A DNA stretch of 63,270 nucleotides, taken from an uncultured Porticoccaceae bacterium (lineage in GTDB: Bacteria > Pseudomonadota > Gammaproteobacteria > Pseudomonadales > GM7GCV1). Every line of letters begins with the position of its first letter. The first letter of the stretch is position 1. This document shows, piece after piece, positions 44,097 through 58,037 of this stretch. The notes under the pieces were generated by a model. The model saw nothing but the letters and a program-made list of their open reading frames with translations, was not told where the DNA came from and ran no database searches. Made by a program: the position numbers and the translations under genes. The stretch lies in contig CAZUTO010000006.1 of NCBI GenBank assembly GCA_964623085.1, forward strand, positions 16,556-79,825, in the 5' to 3' direction.

Positions 44097-45455
44097 GTGA
44101 GCAACTCAAACCAAGATACCATCGCCGCTATTGCCACAGCCCCTGGCAAAGGCGGCATCGGTATCGTGCGATTATCAGGGCCCCTTGCTCTTTCTATTGC
44201 TGGTGAGGTTTGCCAAAAACCCTTAGTTGCCAATCGTGCTTGCTTCCGAAAATTCTCGTTTGATCAGACACAGATCGATGAAGGCATAGCGATTTACTTT
44301 CCTGGGCCGCACTCCTTTACCGGCGAAGATGTCGTGGAGCTGCAAGCACACGGTGGCCCTGTGATTCTAAAAGTCCTGACCGAAGCCTGCATCAGCCTTG
44401 GTGCCCGAGCTGCTCGGGCCGGAGAGTTTTCCGAGCGCGCTTTCCTCAATGATCGTATGGACCTTACCCAAGCAGAAGCCATTGCTGATTTGATCAATGC
44501 GGGCACAAAAGCAGCCGCGCGAGCGGCTGTGCGCTCTTTAGATGGCGAGTTCTCAAAACATATCAACAAACTTCAACTGCAGCTCACCGAATTACGTGTT
44601 TTTGTGGAAGCTGCTATCGACTTTCCAGAAGAAGAAATTGATTTCCTGCTAGACGATGAGCTTCAAGCGCGTATAGCCGACTTAGAGAATCTCTTATCAA
44701 CTACGATTCGCGATGCCAAGCGCGGCGCAATGATCAACGAAGGTGCAAAAATTGCCATCGTCGGCCGACCCAACGCTGGGAAATCCAGTTTGATCAATCG
44801 ATTAACCCAACGCGATGTCGCTATTGTCACCGAGATTGCTGGCACCACGCGAGATAGTATTGAACAACGTATAGAAATCGGCGGAGCGCCTATCACCCTA
44901 GTTGATACCGCTGGCCTAAATGACTCGCCAGACCAAGTAGAGAAATTAGGCATTGATCGTTCCAAATTACATGCCGAAGAATCCGACATGCTATTGGTGC
45001 TCTTTGATAGTCATGCGTCCAAACTCGAATCGCCGGAACAACTATTGGGGCAATACGCCAAGATCATATCGACCGATAAACCAACCCTATACGTTGCCAA
45101 CAAGATAGACCTTAGTGGTCTTAAGCCCGGCGTTCAGAAAGAAAGCTCAAACGTTATTGGTGTTTCTGCCAATACCGGTTCTGGCATCGATGCGCTTTTT
45201 CAATCCATCGAAAACCAGTTAGATTTAGGTAGCGGAGAGCCTGCCTTTAGCGCTCGTTCTCGACACATCATCTCTTTGAAGCGCGCTTCTGGCGCTTTGC
45301 AAGAAGCCGTTTCCAATTTCAAAGCACAAAATAGTGGCGAACTTTTTGCAGAAGATCTTAGAGCAGTCCAGCTGACCCTCTCTGAAATAACGGGAAACCT
45401 ATCCGCAGATGATCTTTTAGGCGAAATATTTTCTGGATTTTGTATAGGAAAGTAA
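44097..45455 (+). CDS. mnmE: tRNA modification GTPase
   Basis: DTIAAIAT, SFTGEDV.E, GRPNAGKSS, DTAG, NKID; ends FCIGK. Confidence 0.98.
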   Translation: MSNSNQDTIAAIATAPGKGGIGIVRLSGPLALSIAGEVCQKPLVANRACFRKFSFDQTQIDEGIAIYFPGPHSFTGEDVVELQAHGGPVILKVLTEACISLGARAARAGEFSERAFLNDRMDLTQAEAIADLINAGTKAAARAAVRSLDGEFSKHINKLQLQLTELRVFVEAAIDFPEEEIDFLLDDELQARIADLENLLSTTIRDAKRGAMINEGAKIAIVGRPNAGKSSLINRLTQRDVAIVTEIAGTTRDSIEQRIEIGGAPITLVDTAGLNDSPDQVEKLGIDRSKLHAEESDMLLVLFDSHASKLESPEQLLGQYAKIISTDKPTLYVANKIDLSGLKPGVQKESSNVIGVSANTGSGIDALFQSIENQLDLGSGEPAFSARSRHIISLKRASGALQEAVSNFKAQNSGELFAEDLRAVQLTLSEITGNLSADDLLGEIFSGFCIGK

Positions 45456-45878
45456 ATACTTACTATCGATGTTATTCCATAAAGTATAGGGTTTTTTATA
45501 ATTATCGAAGAGGTATACAACAACAAATCTCTATCTACTACCAAGGTTATCTACATCTATTTTTTTAATATCAATCTGTGCATTACATATAGCACTGCGT
45601 ATGGGTAAGGCTTGAATAGACCGGTATAAAATTTATTGGCAAGAAGATATCCAACTTCAATTAACTATCTCTGATCAGTTTAAGGAGGGTATTGCTCACA
45701 TGATTTAGTTTCCGCCAAAGCCTTTATTTCTGTGGCTAAAATTGGGTTATCCACATTTTTTATGTTCCTTAGTAGTAACAACATCAATACTATTCTTTAT
45801 CTAATATATAAAATAACTATCTAATTTAGTTAGATTTTTTTTAAATCAAAACATATACTGCGCCACCCTTTTAAGTGA
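45456..45878. other. Probable chromosomal replication origin (oriC)
   Basis: AT-rich spacer; perfect DnaA box at 45747-45755 with an oppositely oriented near-box at 45731-45739; near-boxes at 45547-45555 and 45577-45585; 3-nt periodic run at 45770-45793 followed by a very AT-rich tract; located upstream of mnmG(gidA). Confidence 0.7.
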
Positions 45879-47774
45879 TTGAATAGCGTTGTGGCGACCA
45901 AGAATTATGATGTGATTGTGATCGGTGGAGGACATGCCGGAACAGAAGCGGCCCTAGCTTCCGCCCGCATGGGTTGTAATACGCTGCTGTTGACTCACAA
46001 CATCGACACGCTTGGCCAAATGAGCTGTAACCCCGCTATCGGTGGCATTGGCAAAAGCCACCTAGTCAAAGAAGTTGATGCCTTGGGTGGCGTCATGGCG
46101 CTAGCGGCTGACAAAGCAGGTATTCAATTTCGTGTTCTCAATTCCCGAAAAGGCCCGGCTGTAAGAGCGACGCGGGCACAGGCGGATCGAGCGCTTTATC
46201 GTTCTGCGGTTAAATCCGCTCTAGAGAGCCAAGAAAATCTCGATATCTTTCAGCAAGCGGCCGAAGATCTGGTGGTAGAAAACGAGCAGGTTAGGGGGGT
46301 TGTCACCCAAATGGGCTTGCGATTTGATGCTCCAGCTGTCGTTTTATCGACGGGCACATTTCTTGGTGGAAAAATTCATATTGGTTTAGAAAATAGCTCT
46401 GGCGGCAGAGCAGGTGATCCTCCCTCCATCGCCCTTGCTCATAGATTACGTGAGTTACCATTTCGCGTGGACCGGTTGAAAACGGGAACGCCACCAAGAA
46501 TTGATAGACGATCAGTAGACTTTTCGGCTTTGCAAGAGCAGTGGGGCGATCCCGTTACACCCGTAATGTCATATCTAGGAGAGGCACAAGATCATCCAGA
46601 GCAAGTTTGCTGTTGGATTACCCATACCAACGAAACAACCCATGAACATATTCGTTCGGGTATGGATCGATCGCCCATGTTTACCGGAGAGATCGAAGGG
46701 GTCGGTCCACGCTACTGCCCATCCATTGAAGATAAAGTGGTTCGATTTTCTGACAAAACTAGCCATCAGATTTTTATAGAGCCAGAAGGACTAACAACTA
46801 ATGAGCTCTACCCGAACGGGATATCGACCAGCCTGCCATATGATGTTCAGGAGGCGCTCGTTCATTCAATCAAGGGTTTTGAAAAGGCGCATATCACTCG
46901 GCCGGGCTATGCCATAGAGTATGATTTTTTTGATCCACGCGATTTGAAAACAAATCTAGAAACCAAGTGCATAAGCGGGCTGTATTTTGCTGGGCAGATT
47001 AACGGCACCACTGGTTATGAAGAAGCAGCAGCGCAAGGCCTCTTGGCAGGAATAAATGCAGGCCTTCAAGTTCAAGGGAAGGAACCTTGGTGCCCCTCTC
47101 GGGATCAAGCCTATATCGGTGTTTTGGTCGATGATCTGGTTACCATGGGTACCAAGGAACCCTATCGTATGTTTACCAGTCGCGCAGAATACCGCTTGAT
47201 GCTTCGGGAAGACAATGCAGATATTCGTTTGACTGAACAGGGTCGCGAACGAGGCCTGGTAGATGATAATCGCTGGAGAGTGTTCCAAGAAAAGATAGAA
47301 ACCGCAGAGCGAGAAACACAACGCCTAAAAAACAGCTGGGTTCAACCAGGTAGTCCTGAAGCCAGAAGACTCAACACTAAAGTCCCTAGCCCGATAACTC
47401 GCGAATATAGTTTATTTGAATTGTTGAAGCGGCCAGAACTACGTTATCCAGATATTGCTGAGATAGCAGGGCAGGGAATTGATCACCCTGGCGCTACGGA
47501 ACAGGTAGAAATCAGCGCAAAATATGCAGGCTATATTGATCGACAAAAAGACGATATAGAACGGTTGCGCCGCCTTGAACATACTGCAATACCTGACGAT
47601 TTTGGTTATGCGGATGTGAAAGGTCTTTCTAATGAGGCGGTACAAAAATTATCCGAAGTGATGCCTCAAACTGTTGCGCAGGCATCGCGCGTGCCTGGTG
47701 TGACACCAGCGGCGATCTCTTTGCTGCTAATCTATTTGAAAAAGCACGGTCACCGCCAAAAGCTGGCGCAATGA
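45879..47774 (+). CDS. mnmG: tRNA uridine 5-carboxymethylaminomethyl modification enzyme (GidA)
   Basis: [28 protein letters not shown] and [13 protein letters not shown] motifs; start may be the GTG at 45891. Confidence 0.99.
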   Translation: MNSVVATKNYDVIVIGGGHAGTEAALASARMGCNTLLLTHNIDTLGQMSCNPAIGGIGKSHLVKEVDALGGVMALAADKAGIQFRVLNSRKGPAVRATRAQADRALYRSAVKSALESQENLDIFQQAAEDLVVENEQVRGVVTQMGLRFDAPAVVLSTGTFLGGKIHIGLENSSGGRAGDPPSIALAHRLRELPFRVDRLKTGTPPRIDRRSVDFSALQEQWGDPVTPVMSYLGEAQDHPEQVCCWITHTNETTHEHIRSGMDRSPMFTGEIEGVGPRYCPSIEDKVVRFSDKTSHQIFIEPEGLTTNELYPNGISTSLPYDVQEALVHSIKGFEKAHITRPGYAIEYDFFDPRDLKTNLETKCISGLYFAGQINGTTGYEEAAAQGLLAGINAGLQVQGKEPWCPSRDQAYIGVLVDDLVTMGTKEPYRMFTSRAEYRLMLREDNADIRLTEQGRERGLVDDNRWRVFQEKIETAERETQRLKNSWVQPGSPEARRLNTKVPSPITREYSLFELLKRPELRYPDIAEIAGQGIDHPGATEQVEISAKYAGYIDRQKDDIERLRRLEHTAIPDDFGYADVKGLSNEAVQKLSEVMPQTVAQASRVPGVTPAAISLLLIYLKKHGHRQKLAQ

Positions 47775-48418
47775 CAGCCTTTAGTGCCCGACCCCAGCTA
47801 GAGCAAGGTGCGGCGGAATTAGGTATACCGCTTGATGAAGATAAGCTAGACCAGCTTTGTAAGTATCTTCAGCTTCTTAAGAAGTGGAACCAAGCCTATA
47901 ATTTAACTGCAGTGCGAGAAGAACGAGAGATGGTGCCACTTCATCTGCTCGATAGCATGACCATTCTTCCTTATATGCGCGGGCAAAATTTTATTGATGT
48001 AGGTGCTGGGGCAGGGCTGCCAGGGATTGTCTTGGCGATATGTCAACCAAAGTGGAGTCTGACCTTGCTAGACAGCAACGGTAAAAAGACACGCTTTATG
48101 GAACAAGTGAAGGCAGAGTTGGAGATTGGCAACATTCAGGTTGTTCAGTCACGCGCGCAGGATTACCAGCCTAACCAAAAATTTGATGGCGTAATTAGTC
48201 GCGCTTTTGCCAGCCTCAAAGATATGACTGATAATGCAGTTCACTTAGTAGCGGCGAATGGCCGTTTCTGGGCAATGAAAGGTCAGCATCCTCAGAAAGA
48301 AATTGAGGAGCTGCATTCAACATATAGATTAGAAAGTTGCCAGTCTCTCCGTATTCCAGAAATAACCGCGGAGCGCCATCTTATTGAACTAAGTCTGTCT
48401 CGAGAAAACGTTGACTAG
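47771..48418 (+). CDS. rsmG: 16S rRNA m7G527 methyltransferase (GidB)
   Basis: KWN..YNLT, H.LDS, DVG.GAGLPG and SRAF motifs. Confidence 0.97.
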   Translation: MTAFSARPQLEQGAAELGIPLDEDKLDQLCKYLQLLKKWNQAYNLTAVREEREMVPLHLLDSMTILPYMRGQNFIDVGAGAGLPGIVLAICQPKWSLTLLDSNGKKTRFMEQVKAELEIGNIQVVQSRAQDYQPNQKFDGVISRAFASLKDMTDNAVHLVAANGRFWAMKGQHPQKEIEELHSTYRLESCQSLRIPEITAERHLIELSLSRENVD

Positions 48419-49202
48419 AATATTTTCCATAGCAAACCAAAAAGGCGGTGTGGGTAAAACGACCACAGCGCTCAATCTTTCAGCATCGCTAGCTGCAAGC
48501 TATAAAAAGGTATTATTGGTTGATCTTGATCCTCAAGGGAATGCCACAATGGGCAGTGGCATCGACAAAGAGTCGCTGCGAGTCAGCTCACTTGAAGTAT
48601 TGCTCAACGAAAAAGAAATCCATGAAGTGCTGCAACGCAGCGAAAGCGGTGGTTACGATCTTTTGCCATCCAATAGTGATCTCACAGCGGCGGAAGTAGA
48701 GCTACTCAATGAGCTTATGCGCGAGCAGCGGCTACGGCATGCGCTTCTAAAGGTCAAACACAACTACGACTACATCGTGATCGATTGTCCGCCATCGCTC
48801 AATATGTTGACGCTTAATGCATTGGTCGCCTCTAATGGCGTGATTATCCCAGTTCAGTGCGAGTACTTCTCGTTAGAAGGCCTTTCTGGGTTAGTTGATA
48901 CGATTAACAAAGTGTCCTCTGTTGCTAATAAAGAGCTGCAAATCGAAGGGATTGTTCGCACCATGTATGATCCCAGAAATATGCTGACAAGCGATGTAAG
49001 TGATCAGCTCAAGTCTTATTTTGGCGATAAACTATATCGCACAGTGATACCTAGAAATGTGCGTCTGGCCGAAGCACCGAGCTATGGGGAGCCGGTATTG
49101 AAATATGATAAAAACTCTAAAGGCGCAATTGCCTACTTGGGCTTAGCGGGAGAGATTATCCGCAAGCATCGTGCTGAAAAACAGGCAAACAAGGGAAGCT
49201 AA
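48411..49202 (+). CDS. parA: Chromosome partitioning ATPase
   Basis: NQKGGVGKTTT, DLDPQGNAT, DCPPSL and PRNVRLAEAPS motifs. Confidence 0.98.
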   Translation: MTRIFSIANQKGGVGKTTTALNLSASLAASYKKVLLVDLDPQGNATMGSGIDKESLRVSSLEVLLNEKEIHEVLQRSESGGYDLLPSNSDLTAAEVELLNELMREQRLRHALLKVKHNYDYIVIDCPPSLNMLTLNALVASNGVIIPVQCEYFSLEGLSGLVDTINKVSSVANKELQIEGIVRTMYDPRNMLTSDVSDQLKSYFGDKLYRTVIPRNVRLAEAPSYGEPVLKYDKNSKGAIAYLGLAGEIIRKHRAEKQANKGS

Positions 49203-50104
49203 TGGCTACGAAGAAGAGAAGGTTGGGCAGAGGGTTAGATAGTCTTCTAAGTGCAAACGAAGAGCTTCAGGAACCCGCCCAAACTAGCGAGCCTCAGTCA
49301 CCGGGAGAAACAGAGCCCCGCGGCGAAACGCTGGCGTCTGTGCCTATCGATATGATCGAGCGTGGCCGCTATCAGCCACGACGAGTGATTGATGATGCGA
49401 GCATAGAAGAATTAGCAGATTCGATCCGGCAACAAGGCTTGATGCAGCCAATCGTTCTGCGGCCTCTCGCCGGCGAAAATCGTTACGAGATCATAGCGGG
49501 TGAGCGGCGCTGGCGAGCCTGCCAAAAAGTGGGTCTAAGTGATATTCCAGCGATCATCAAAGATATTCCCGATGACGCCGCTATTGCTATGGCGATTATC
49601 GAAAATATCCAGCGCGAAAACCTCAACCCAATGGAAGAAGCGCTAGCTTTACAGCGCCTAAAGGAAGAATTTAACCTCACTCATGATGATGTCGCCAAAG
49701 CGGTAGGAAAATCGCGCAGTGCGGTCACCAACCTTATGCGCCTTTCCAGCTTACAAGAGCCTGTTCGGGTGCTGTTGGAGAACGGTGACTTAGAGATGGG
49801 TCATGCCCGCGCCCTGCTAACGCTTACTGATATGGCGCAGGTGCGCGCAGCGCGCGAGGTCGTCGAAAAAGAGCTAACGGTCCGCCAAGCGGAAGCGTTA
49901 GTAAAAACACTGCAGTCAGAGCCGGCAACGAAGGCGCCGAAAAAGAAAGCGAAAAGTGCAGACATCAAATCCTTAGAGAACGACCTTTCCGAAAAGCTCG
50001 GTACGTCCGTTTCTATCGATGAGGGTCGGGGTGGTAAAGGCAAGCTAGTTATCAACTACGCGTCACATGACATCCTCGAAGGAATCTTAAAACACATTAA
50101 GTAA
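49202..50104 (+). CDS. parB: Chromosome partitioning protein
   Basis: LGRGLDSL, QPR, IIAGERRWRA, ENIQRENL and HTH GKSRSAV.N motifs. Confidence 0.98.
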   Translation: MATKKRRLGRGLDSLLSANEELQEPAQTSEPQSPGETEPRGETLASVPIDMIERGRYQPRRVIDDASIEELADSIRQQGLMQPIVLRPLAGENRYEIIAGERRWRACQKVGLSDIPAIIKDIPDDAAIAMAIIENIQRENLNPMEEALALQRLKEEFNLTHDDVAKAVGKSRSAVTNLMRLSSLQEPVRVLLENGDLEMGHARALLTLTDMAQVRAAREVVEKELTVRQAEALVKTLQSEPATKAPKKKAKSADIKSLENDLSEKLGTSVSIDEGRGGKGKLVINYASHDILEGILKHIK

Positions 50105-50280
50105 CGCTTGTTTTTTGCCCGCTGTTTTTTTGAGGAGATAGAGTGCTGAGCTAAGAGTTTAAAAAGTTTCGGCAAATCAAAATGTTGAAGAAACAACAAG
50201 GGCGATGGCCGATGCAGCAAGGCTTGAGTATGTAGATAGGTGCCACTATAATCCGCCCCCCGCAAAGCAGGTCAGTTTAA

Positions 50281-50682
50281 GTGTCAGTTGCCGATTTCTT
50301 CAAATATGTCGGATCGCAACTAATGGCCGCACTGGTTCTCTGCGTTGCGGGATTCGGAATTGGTGGCCAAGATGGCGCGATTTCTTCGGCGCTAGGTAGT
50401 GTTATAGCCATACTTCCGAACCTGTATTTCACTCTTCAGGCTTTTCGATATAAGGCCAGTGAAGATCCGGTTAGAGCGCTAGGCGCACTATATCGAGGAG
50501 AAGCAGGTAAATTTATATTAGTAGCTGTAATCTGTGCGCTCGTGTTTAAGTTCGTCGACGTGCAAGCACCGTTACTACTATTTATATCGCTGTTCGTCAT
50601 GTTAGTGACACAGCCCATAATTTGTGTGCTTATCCTGCCAAAGGCTCGTGAACTGGCAGAAGCAAAAGAAGAGAATGATTGA
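50281..50682 (+). CDS. atpI: ATP synthase protein I
   Basis: Four TMs, ILPN.YF, Y.GEA.K; first gene of the atp operon. Confidence 0.85.
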   Translation: MSVADFFKYVGSQLMAALVLCVAGFGIGGQDGAISSALGSVIAILPNLYFTLQAFRYKASEDPVRALGALYRGEAGKFILVAVICALVFKFVDVQAPLLLFISLFVMLVTQPIICVLILPKARELAEAKEEND

Positions 50683-50692
50683 GACAGGTTGA

Positions 50693-51586
<894 letters not shown>

Positions 51587-51607
51587 TTGATTTAACTTTT
51601 ACGTTAG

Positions 51608-51856
<249 letters not shown>

Positions 51857-51901
51857 GCCAAACCAGCTTAGCAAGAAACTAAACAAACAGAGGTTATTGG
51901 T

Positions 51902-52372
51902 GTGAATCTCAATTACACGCTTTTCGGCCAGATGATTTTCTTCATCGTCTTTGTGCTATTTTGCATGAAGTTTGTTTGGCCGCCTATTACAGCAGCCATG
52001 GCCGATCGAGCTAAAAAAATTGCTGATGGCTTGGCGGCAGCAGATAAGGCAGACAAAGATCTAGAGCTTGCTAAAGAAAAAGCAGCCTCGGATATGAAAG
52101 ACGCGAAGGCTCAGGCGGCAGAGATTATTGAGCAAGCAAAAAAACGCGGAGACCAGATGGTCGACGAAGCCAAAGAAAAGGCGCAGGAAGAAGCCGAGCG
52201 GATTCGTGCTGCAGCGGAAGCCGAAGTAGAGCAGCAAGTTTCGCAAGCCAAAGAAGCGCTGCGTGCACAGGTCGCCACTCTGGCTGTTTCTGGCGCAGAG
52301 AAAATTTTGGAAAGCAGTGTGGATGCAAGCAAGCACTCAGATATGCTCGACAAATTGGCCGCGCAGCTTTAG
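51902..52372 (+). CDS. atpF: ATP synthase subunit b
   Basis: N-terminal [11 protein letters not shown]...IADGL, coiled coil. Confidence 0.97.
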   Translation: MNLNYTLFGQMIFFIVFVLFCMKFVWPPITAAMADRAKKIADGLAAADKADKDLELAKEKAASDMKDAKAQAAEIIEQAKKRGDQMVDEAKEKAQEEAERIRAAAEAEVEQQVSQAKEALRAQVATLAVSGAEKILESSVDASKHSDMLDKLAAQL

Positions 52373-52403
52373 TACCTGAGTATGGATAACGTACGAGGTA
52401 CAC

Positions 52404-52940
52404 ATGGCTGAGTTAACTACCCTTGCCCGACCCTACGCGAAAGCGGCGTTTGAATTTGCAGATGCAAATAATGCGCTAACTGAGTGGGCAAAGATGCTCG
52501 GTGAACTAGCCGTCGTAGTGTCGGAAGAAAAAGTAGCAAAGCTGCTTTCCGATCCTTCAGCCACATCAGAGCAAAATGCGACTACGCTTGTTGAAATTAT
52601 GGGCGACTCACTTGACGACAAAGGCAAGAATTTTGTTCGCAATGTCGCTTCCAACAAGCGTATCGGGCTATTCGGCGAAATATCGCAACTTTTCGACCTT
52701 CTAAAATCACAACGTGAGCGGGTACTGGATGTTGATATAACCAGCGCTTACGAAATGAACGATGAAGAGCAAAAAAAGCTCGCCGAGGCACTAAGTAAAA
52801 ACTTGAATCGTCAGGTAACGCTAACCTGTGACACAGATGCCAGCCTTATTGGTGGTGTAATGGTTCACGCAGGCGATACTTTTATAGACGGCTCTGTAAG
52901 TGGGCGTTTGGCCAAACTTGCAGAAGCAATGAATTCCTGA
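52404..52940 (+). CDS. atpH: ATP synthase subunit delta
   Basis: ARPYAKAAF and LIGG....GD..IDGSV motifs. Confidence 0.97.
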   Translation: MAELTTLARPYAKAAFEFADANNALTEWAKMLGELAVVVSEEKVAKLLSDPSATSEQNATTLVEIMGDSLDDKGKNFVRNVASNKRIGLFGEISQLFDLLKSQRERVLDVDITSAYEMNDEEQKKLAEALSKNLNRQVTLTCDTDASLIGGVMVHAGDTFIDGSVSGRLAKLAEAMNS

Positions 52941-52951
52941 GGAATTAAACA

Positions 52952-54496
52952 ATGCAGCAACTGAATCCATCTGAAATTAGCGACATCATCAAGAGCCGTA
53001 TCGACTCACTCGATGTTGCTACCGAATCGAAAAACGAAGGGACAGTCGTCTCTGTGCAGGACGGTATTGTGCGTGTGCACGGACTAGCCGAAGTCATGTA
53101 CGGCGAAATGATTGAGTTCGACGGCGGCCTCTACGGCATGGCGTTGAACCTTGAGCGCGATTCGGTTGGCGCAATTGTCCTCGGCGACTACCTCGGCCTA
53201 GCTGAAGGCGCGAAAGTACGCTGTACAGGGCGAATTCTTGAAGTGCCTATCGGCCCAGAACTAGAAGGCCGAGTGGTCGATGCACTTGGTACGCCAATCG
53301 ATGGCAAGGGCGCCATTGACGCAAAACAAACCGACGCGATCGAAAAAGTAGCGCCAGGCGTAATTGAGCGTAAATCGGTAGATCAGCCCATGCAGACGGG
53401 CCTCAAAGCGATTGACGCCATGGTGCCCATTGGCCGAGGCCAGCGCGAACTGATCATTGGTGATCGGCAAATTGGTAAAACCGCCATTGCAATCGATGCC
53501 ATCATCAACCAAAAAAGTACCGGCGTTAAATGTATCTACGTCGCCATTGGTCAGAAATCTTCAACGGTGGCGAACATTGTTCGCAAGCTTGAAGAACACG
53601 GCGCGATGGATCACACCACAGTCGTTGCGGCGACAGCATCAGACCCTGCGTCTATGCAGTTTCTCGCGCCCTATGCCGGCTGTACCATGGGTGAGTACTA
53701 TCGTGATCGGGGCGAAGATGCACTGATTATTTATGATGATTTAACCAAGCAAGCTTGGGGTTATCGTCAGATTTCGTTGCTATTGAAACGCCCTCCTGGC
53801 CGCGAAGCCTATCCTGGTGATGTTTTCTATTTGCACTCGCGCCTACTCGAGCGCTCTGCACGGGTAAATGCGGACTATGTTGAAGCTTTCACCAAGGGCG
53901 AAGTCAAAGGAAAAACCGGTTCATTGACTGCGCTTCCTATTATCGAAACGCAAGCGGGCGACGTATCGGCGTTCGTACCTACCAATGTTATTTCGATTAC
54001 CGATGGACAGATCTTCCTAGAAGCGGATTTGTTTAACTCCGGTGTGCGGCCAGCGATGAATGCAGGCTTGTCGGTATCGCGTGTGGGTGGTTCGGCACAA
54101 ACCAAAATTATTAAAAAATTGGGCGGCGGTATTCGTCTCGCACTGGCTCAGTATCGCGAATTGGCCGCATTCTCGCAGTTTGCATCTGACCTTGATGAAG
54201 CGACGCGCGACCAGTTAGAGCATGGTCAAGCCGTAACCGAGCTAATGAAACAAGCGCAGTACTCTCCTCAAAATGTAGCGGAGATGGGCGTGGTGCTATA
54301 CGCAGCTAATGCGGGCTATCTAAAAGGCATGGAGCTGAACAAAATCGGTGACTTTGAAGCCGCTTTGCTTAGTTACATGAATAGTGAACACGGCGAGCTT
54401 ATGTCGAAAGTCGCTGAGACGGGTGCGTGGGATGATGATATCGAAGCGGGCTTTAAAGCGGCGATCGATAAATTCAAAGAGACGCAGACTTACTAG
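52952..54496 (+). CDS. atpA: ATP synthase subunit alpha
   Basis: GDRQIGKT and [22 protein letters not shown] motifs. Confidence 0.99.
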   Translation: MQQLNPSEISDIIKSRIDSLDVATESKNEGTVVSVQDGIVRVHGLAEVMYGEMIEFDGGLYGMALNLERDSVGAIVLGDYLGLAEGAKVRCTGRILEVPIGPELEGRVVDALGTPIDGKGAIDAKQTDAIEKVAPGVIERKSVDQPMQTGLKAIDAMVPIGRGQRELIIGDRQIGKTAIAIDAIINQKSTGVKCIYVAIGQKSSTVANIVRKLEEHGAMDHTTVVAATASDPASMQFLAPYAGCTMGEYYRDRGEDALIIYDDLTKQAWGYRQISLLLKRPPGREAYPGDVFYLHSRLLERSARVNADYVEAFTKGEVKGKTGSLTALPIIETQAGDVSAFVPTNVISITDGQIFLEADLFNSGVRPAMNAGLSVSRVGGSAQTKIIKKLGGGIRLALAQYRELAAFSQFASDLDEATRDQLEHGQAVTELMKQAQYSPQNVAEMGVVLYAANAGYLKGMELNKIGDFEAALLSYMNSEHGELMSKVAETGAWDDDIEAGFKAAIDKFKETQTY

Positions 54497-54529
54497 TCAT
54501 TAAACCGAACAAGTTTTGGAGTTTAAAAA

Positions 54530-55393
54530 GTGGCAGTAGGTAAAGAAGTAAAAACAAAAATTACGAGTATTAAAAGTACTCAGAAAATTACTTCCGCGAT
54601 GGAAATGGTCGCCGCGAGTAAGATGCGTCGCGCGCAGGATCGTATGGCGCTGGGTAAGCCTTATGCCGAACGAATTCGCGCCGTGATTAGCAATGTCGCT
54701 AACTCGACGTCTGAGTATCAGCATAAATACCTGAAAGAGCGCGAAGTTAAGCGTGTTGGCTTTATTGTTGTAGCAACAGATCGCGGGCTTTGTGGTGGCT
54801 TGAACGTCAATATGTTCAAGGCGGCTATCGCCGAAATAAAGAAATGGGCGGACCAAGGTGTTGAGGCCGATTTTTGTGGCGTTGGAACCAAGGCGGTCAC
54901 CTTTTTTAATGCCTACGGCGGCAATGTTTTAGCGGCGGTTCGAGACCTGGGCGATGCACCATTGGCAGCAGATTTGCTGGGCAATATCAAAGTAATGCTA
55001 GATGCATTTGACGATGGAAAAATCGATCGACTGTTTTTAGTATCCAATGATTTTGTTAACACCATGACGCAACAGCCGCGAGTGGAGCAGTTGCTTCCAT
55101 TGCAGCGAAACGCGGATGAGAAGCTCAAGCATCACTGGGACTACATCTACGAGCCCGATGATGCAGGCGAAATTTTGGACGGGCTATTGGTTCGTTATGT
55201 TGAGTCACAGGTGTATCAGGCTGTAGTAGAAAACAAAGCCTGCGAGATGGCCGCGCGGATGTTGGCGATGAAAAACGCGACAGACAACGCCGGCGATTTA
55301 ATCGACGAGCTAGAGCTGCTTTATAACAAAGCGCGTCAGACAGCGATTACGCAAGAGCTGTCAGAAATTGTGAGTGGTGCGGCGGCAGTATAA
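54530..55393 (+). CDS. atpG: ATP synthase subunit gamma
   Basis: [18 protein letters not shown] and NKARQ..ITQE motifs. Confidence 0.99.
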   Translation: MAVGKEVKTKITSIKSTQKITSAMEMVAASKMRRAQDRMALGKPYAERIRAVISNVANSTSEYQHKYLKEREVKRVGFIVVATDRGLCGGLNVNMFKAAIAEIKKWADQGVEADFCGVGTKAVTFFNAYGGNVLAAVRDLGDAPLAADLLGNIKVMLDAFDDGKIDRLFLVSNDFVNTMTQQPRVEQLLPLQRNADEKLKHHWDYIYEPDDAGEILDGLLVRYVESQVYQAVVENKACEMAARMLAMKNATDNAGDLIDELELLYNKARQTAITQELSEIVSGAAAV

Positions 55394-55415
55394 GCGCGCA
55401 CCTAATAAAGAATAG

Positions 55416-56831
<1,416 letters not shown>

Positions 56832-56872
56832 GATCGTTTGCGCTCAATAAACCAAGCTAAAGAGTAAGAATT

Positions 56873-57295
56873 ATGGCCATAGCTGTGCACTGCGATATCG
56901 TCAGCTCGGAAGAAGAAATTTTCTCCGGGTTGGTGGAGTCGATCACTGCCACGGGAATTGCGGGCGAGCTCGGTGTGCAATACGGGCATGCGCCTTTGCT
57001 AACGCCGCTAAAACCGGGCCCGGTCAAGCTGATAAAGCAAGACGGCGAAGAAGTCTTAGTGTTTGTTTCTGGCGGCTACTTGGAAGTACAGCCGCACCTA
57101 GTCACCATCCTTGCGGATTCAGCAACCCGAGCATCAGATATTGACGAAGCAGCGGTTGAAGAAGCCCGTAAAGCGGCAGAAAATCTGATAGAAAACCAAA
57201 GTGGCGAGCTTGATTACTCCGCTGCTGCGGTGCAGTTAGCTGAAGCTTCAGCTCAGCTGCTGACGTTACGGAAGCTCAAAAAGAGAATGAAGTAA
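56873..57295 (+). CDS. atpC: ATP synthase subunit epsilon
   Basis: GELG...GHAPL and SGG.LEVQP..VT.LAD motifs. Confidence 0.97.
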   Translation: MAIAVHCDIVSSEEEIFSGLVESITATGIAGELGVQYGHAPLLTPLKPGPVKLIKQDGEEVLVFVSGGYLEVQPHLVTILADSATRASDIDEAAVEEARKAAENLIENQSGELDYSAAAVQLAEASAQLLTLRKLKKRMK

Positions 57296-57315
57296 TAAAA
57301 GTTAGATAAATCTGG

Positions 57316-57343
57316 AAAAAAGGCGGCTTAGGTCGCCTTTTTT
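57316..57343. terminator. Bidirectional rho-independent terminator closing the atp operon
   Basis: AAAAAAGGCGGC-TTAG-GTCGCCTTTTTT hairpin flanked by A and T tracts. Confidence 0.9.
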
Positions 57344-57461
57344 AATGGCGCGCCGTTTTATCAAATAGGGACACATACAAATTTACAGAATGGCTCTTCC
57401 ACAAAATCATCCAGATAAAAGCATCGGCAATTATGAGCGCCACTTTTGACAGATTAGCCGC

Positions 57462-57905
57462 CTAATTCTCTGCGATAACATAGCGAAGAATTTCCACCAC
57501 TTGCTCAGGGGTGTTAGCCCAAGCATCGGCGGAGGCGTCTACTTCCTTCAACGGGTGCACAATACTGTCATCGTGCAGCGTAATATAGGGTTTGCCTAGC
57601 GCAGCGCAGTAACCGGCATCAAAAGCCGCGTTCCATTGCTTGTACTTATCTCCAAACCGAATCACTGCCAAATCACAGTCTTTAATAGCAGTTTGAATAC
57701 GCATTTTGTTTACTTTCGCGGACTTGTGATCGCGCCAGAAGCTGTTGTCTTCTGGGCCTAAGACATCACCAGCGGCATCTGACGCTGCGTGATTGGTAAC
57801 CGCAGAGGTAAAGGTCACGGGAAGGTTCAGGGCCGCACAGCCGTCAATAATTTGTTGCCGCCAATCGGTATGTATTTCGCCCGAAAGATAAATATTCCAG
57901 CTCAT
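57462..57905 (-). CDS. YtoQ family protein (nucleoside 2-deoxyribosyltransferase-like)
   Basis: YLSGEIHTDWR, RFGDKYKQWNAAFDAG and HPLKEVD signature; start at ATG 57905. Confidence 0.9.
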   Translation of the reverse strand: MSWNIYLSGEIHTDWRQQIIDGCAALNLPVTFTSAVTNHAASDAAGDVLGPEDNSFWRDHKSAKVNKMRIQTAIKDCDLAVIRFGDKYKQWNAAFDAGYCAALGKPYITLHDDSIVHPLKEVDASADAWANTPEQVVEILRYVIAEN

Positions 57906-58037
57906 AAATGAATCCTTTATCGCACCTGTATTATTTTGTAAAAAAGGCTTATCTCGAAAAGGGCTATCATACATACTTTGGTATTCTCGGGTAGAAGATT
58001 CGAACGTCGTTCACCCGAAAAACAGGGGAGTATTCCT

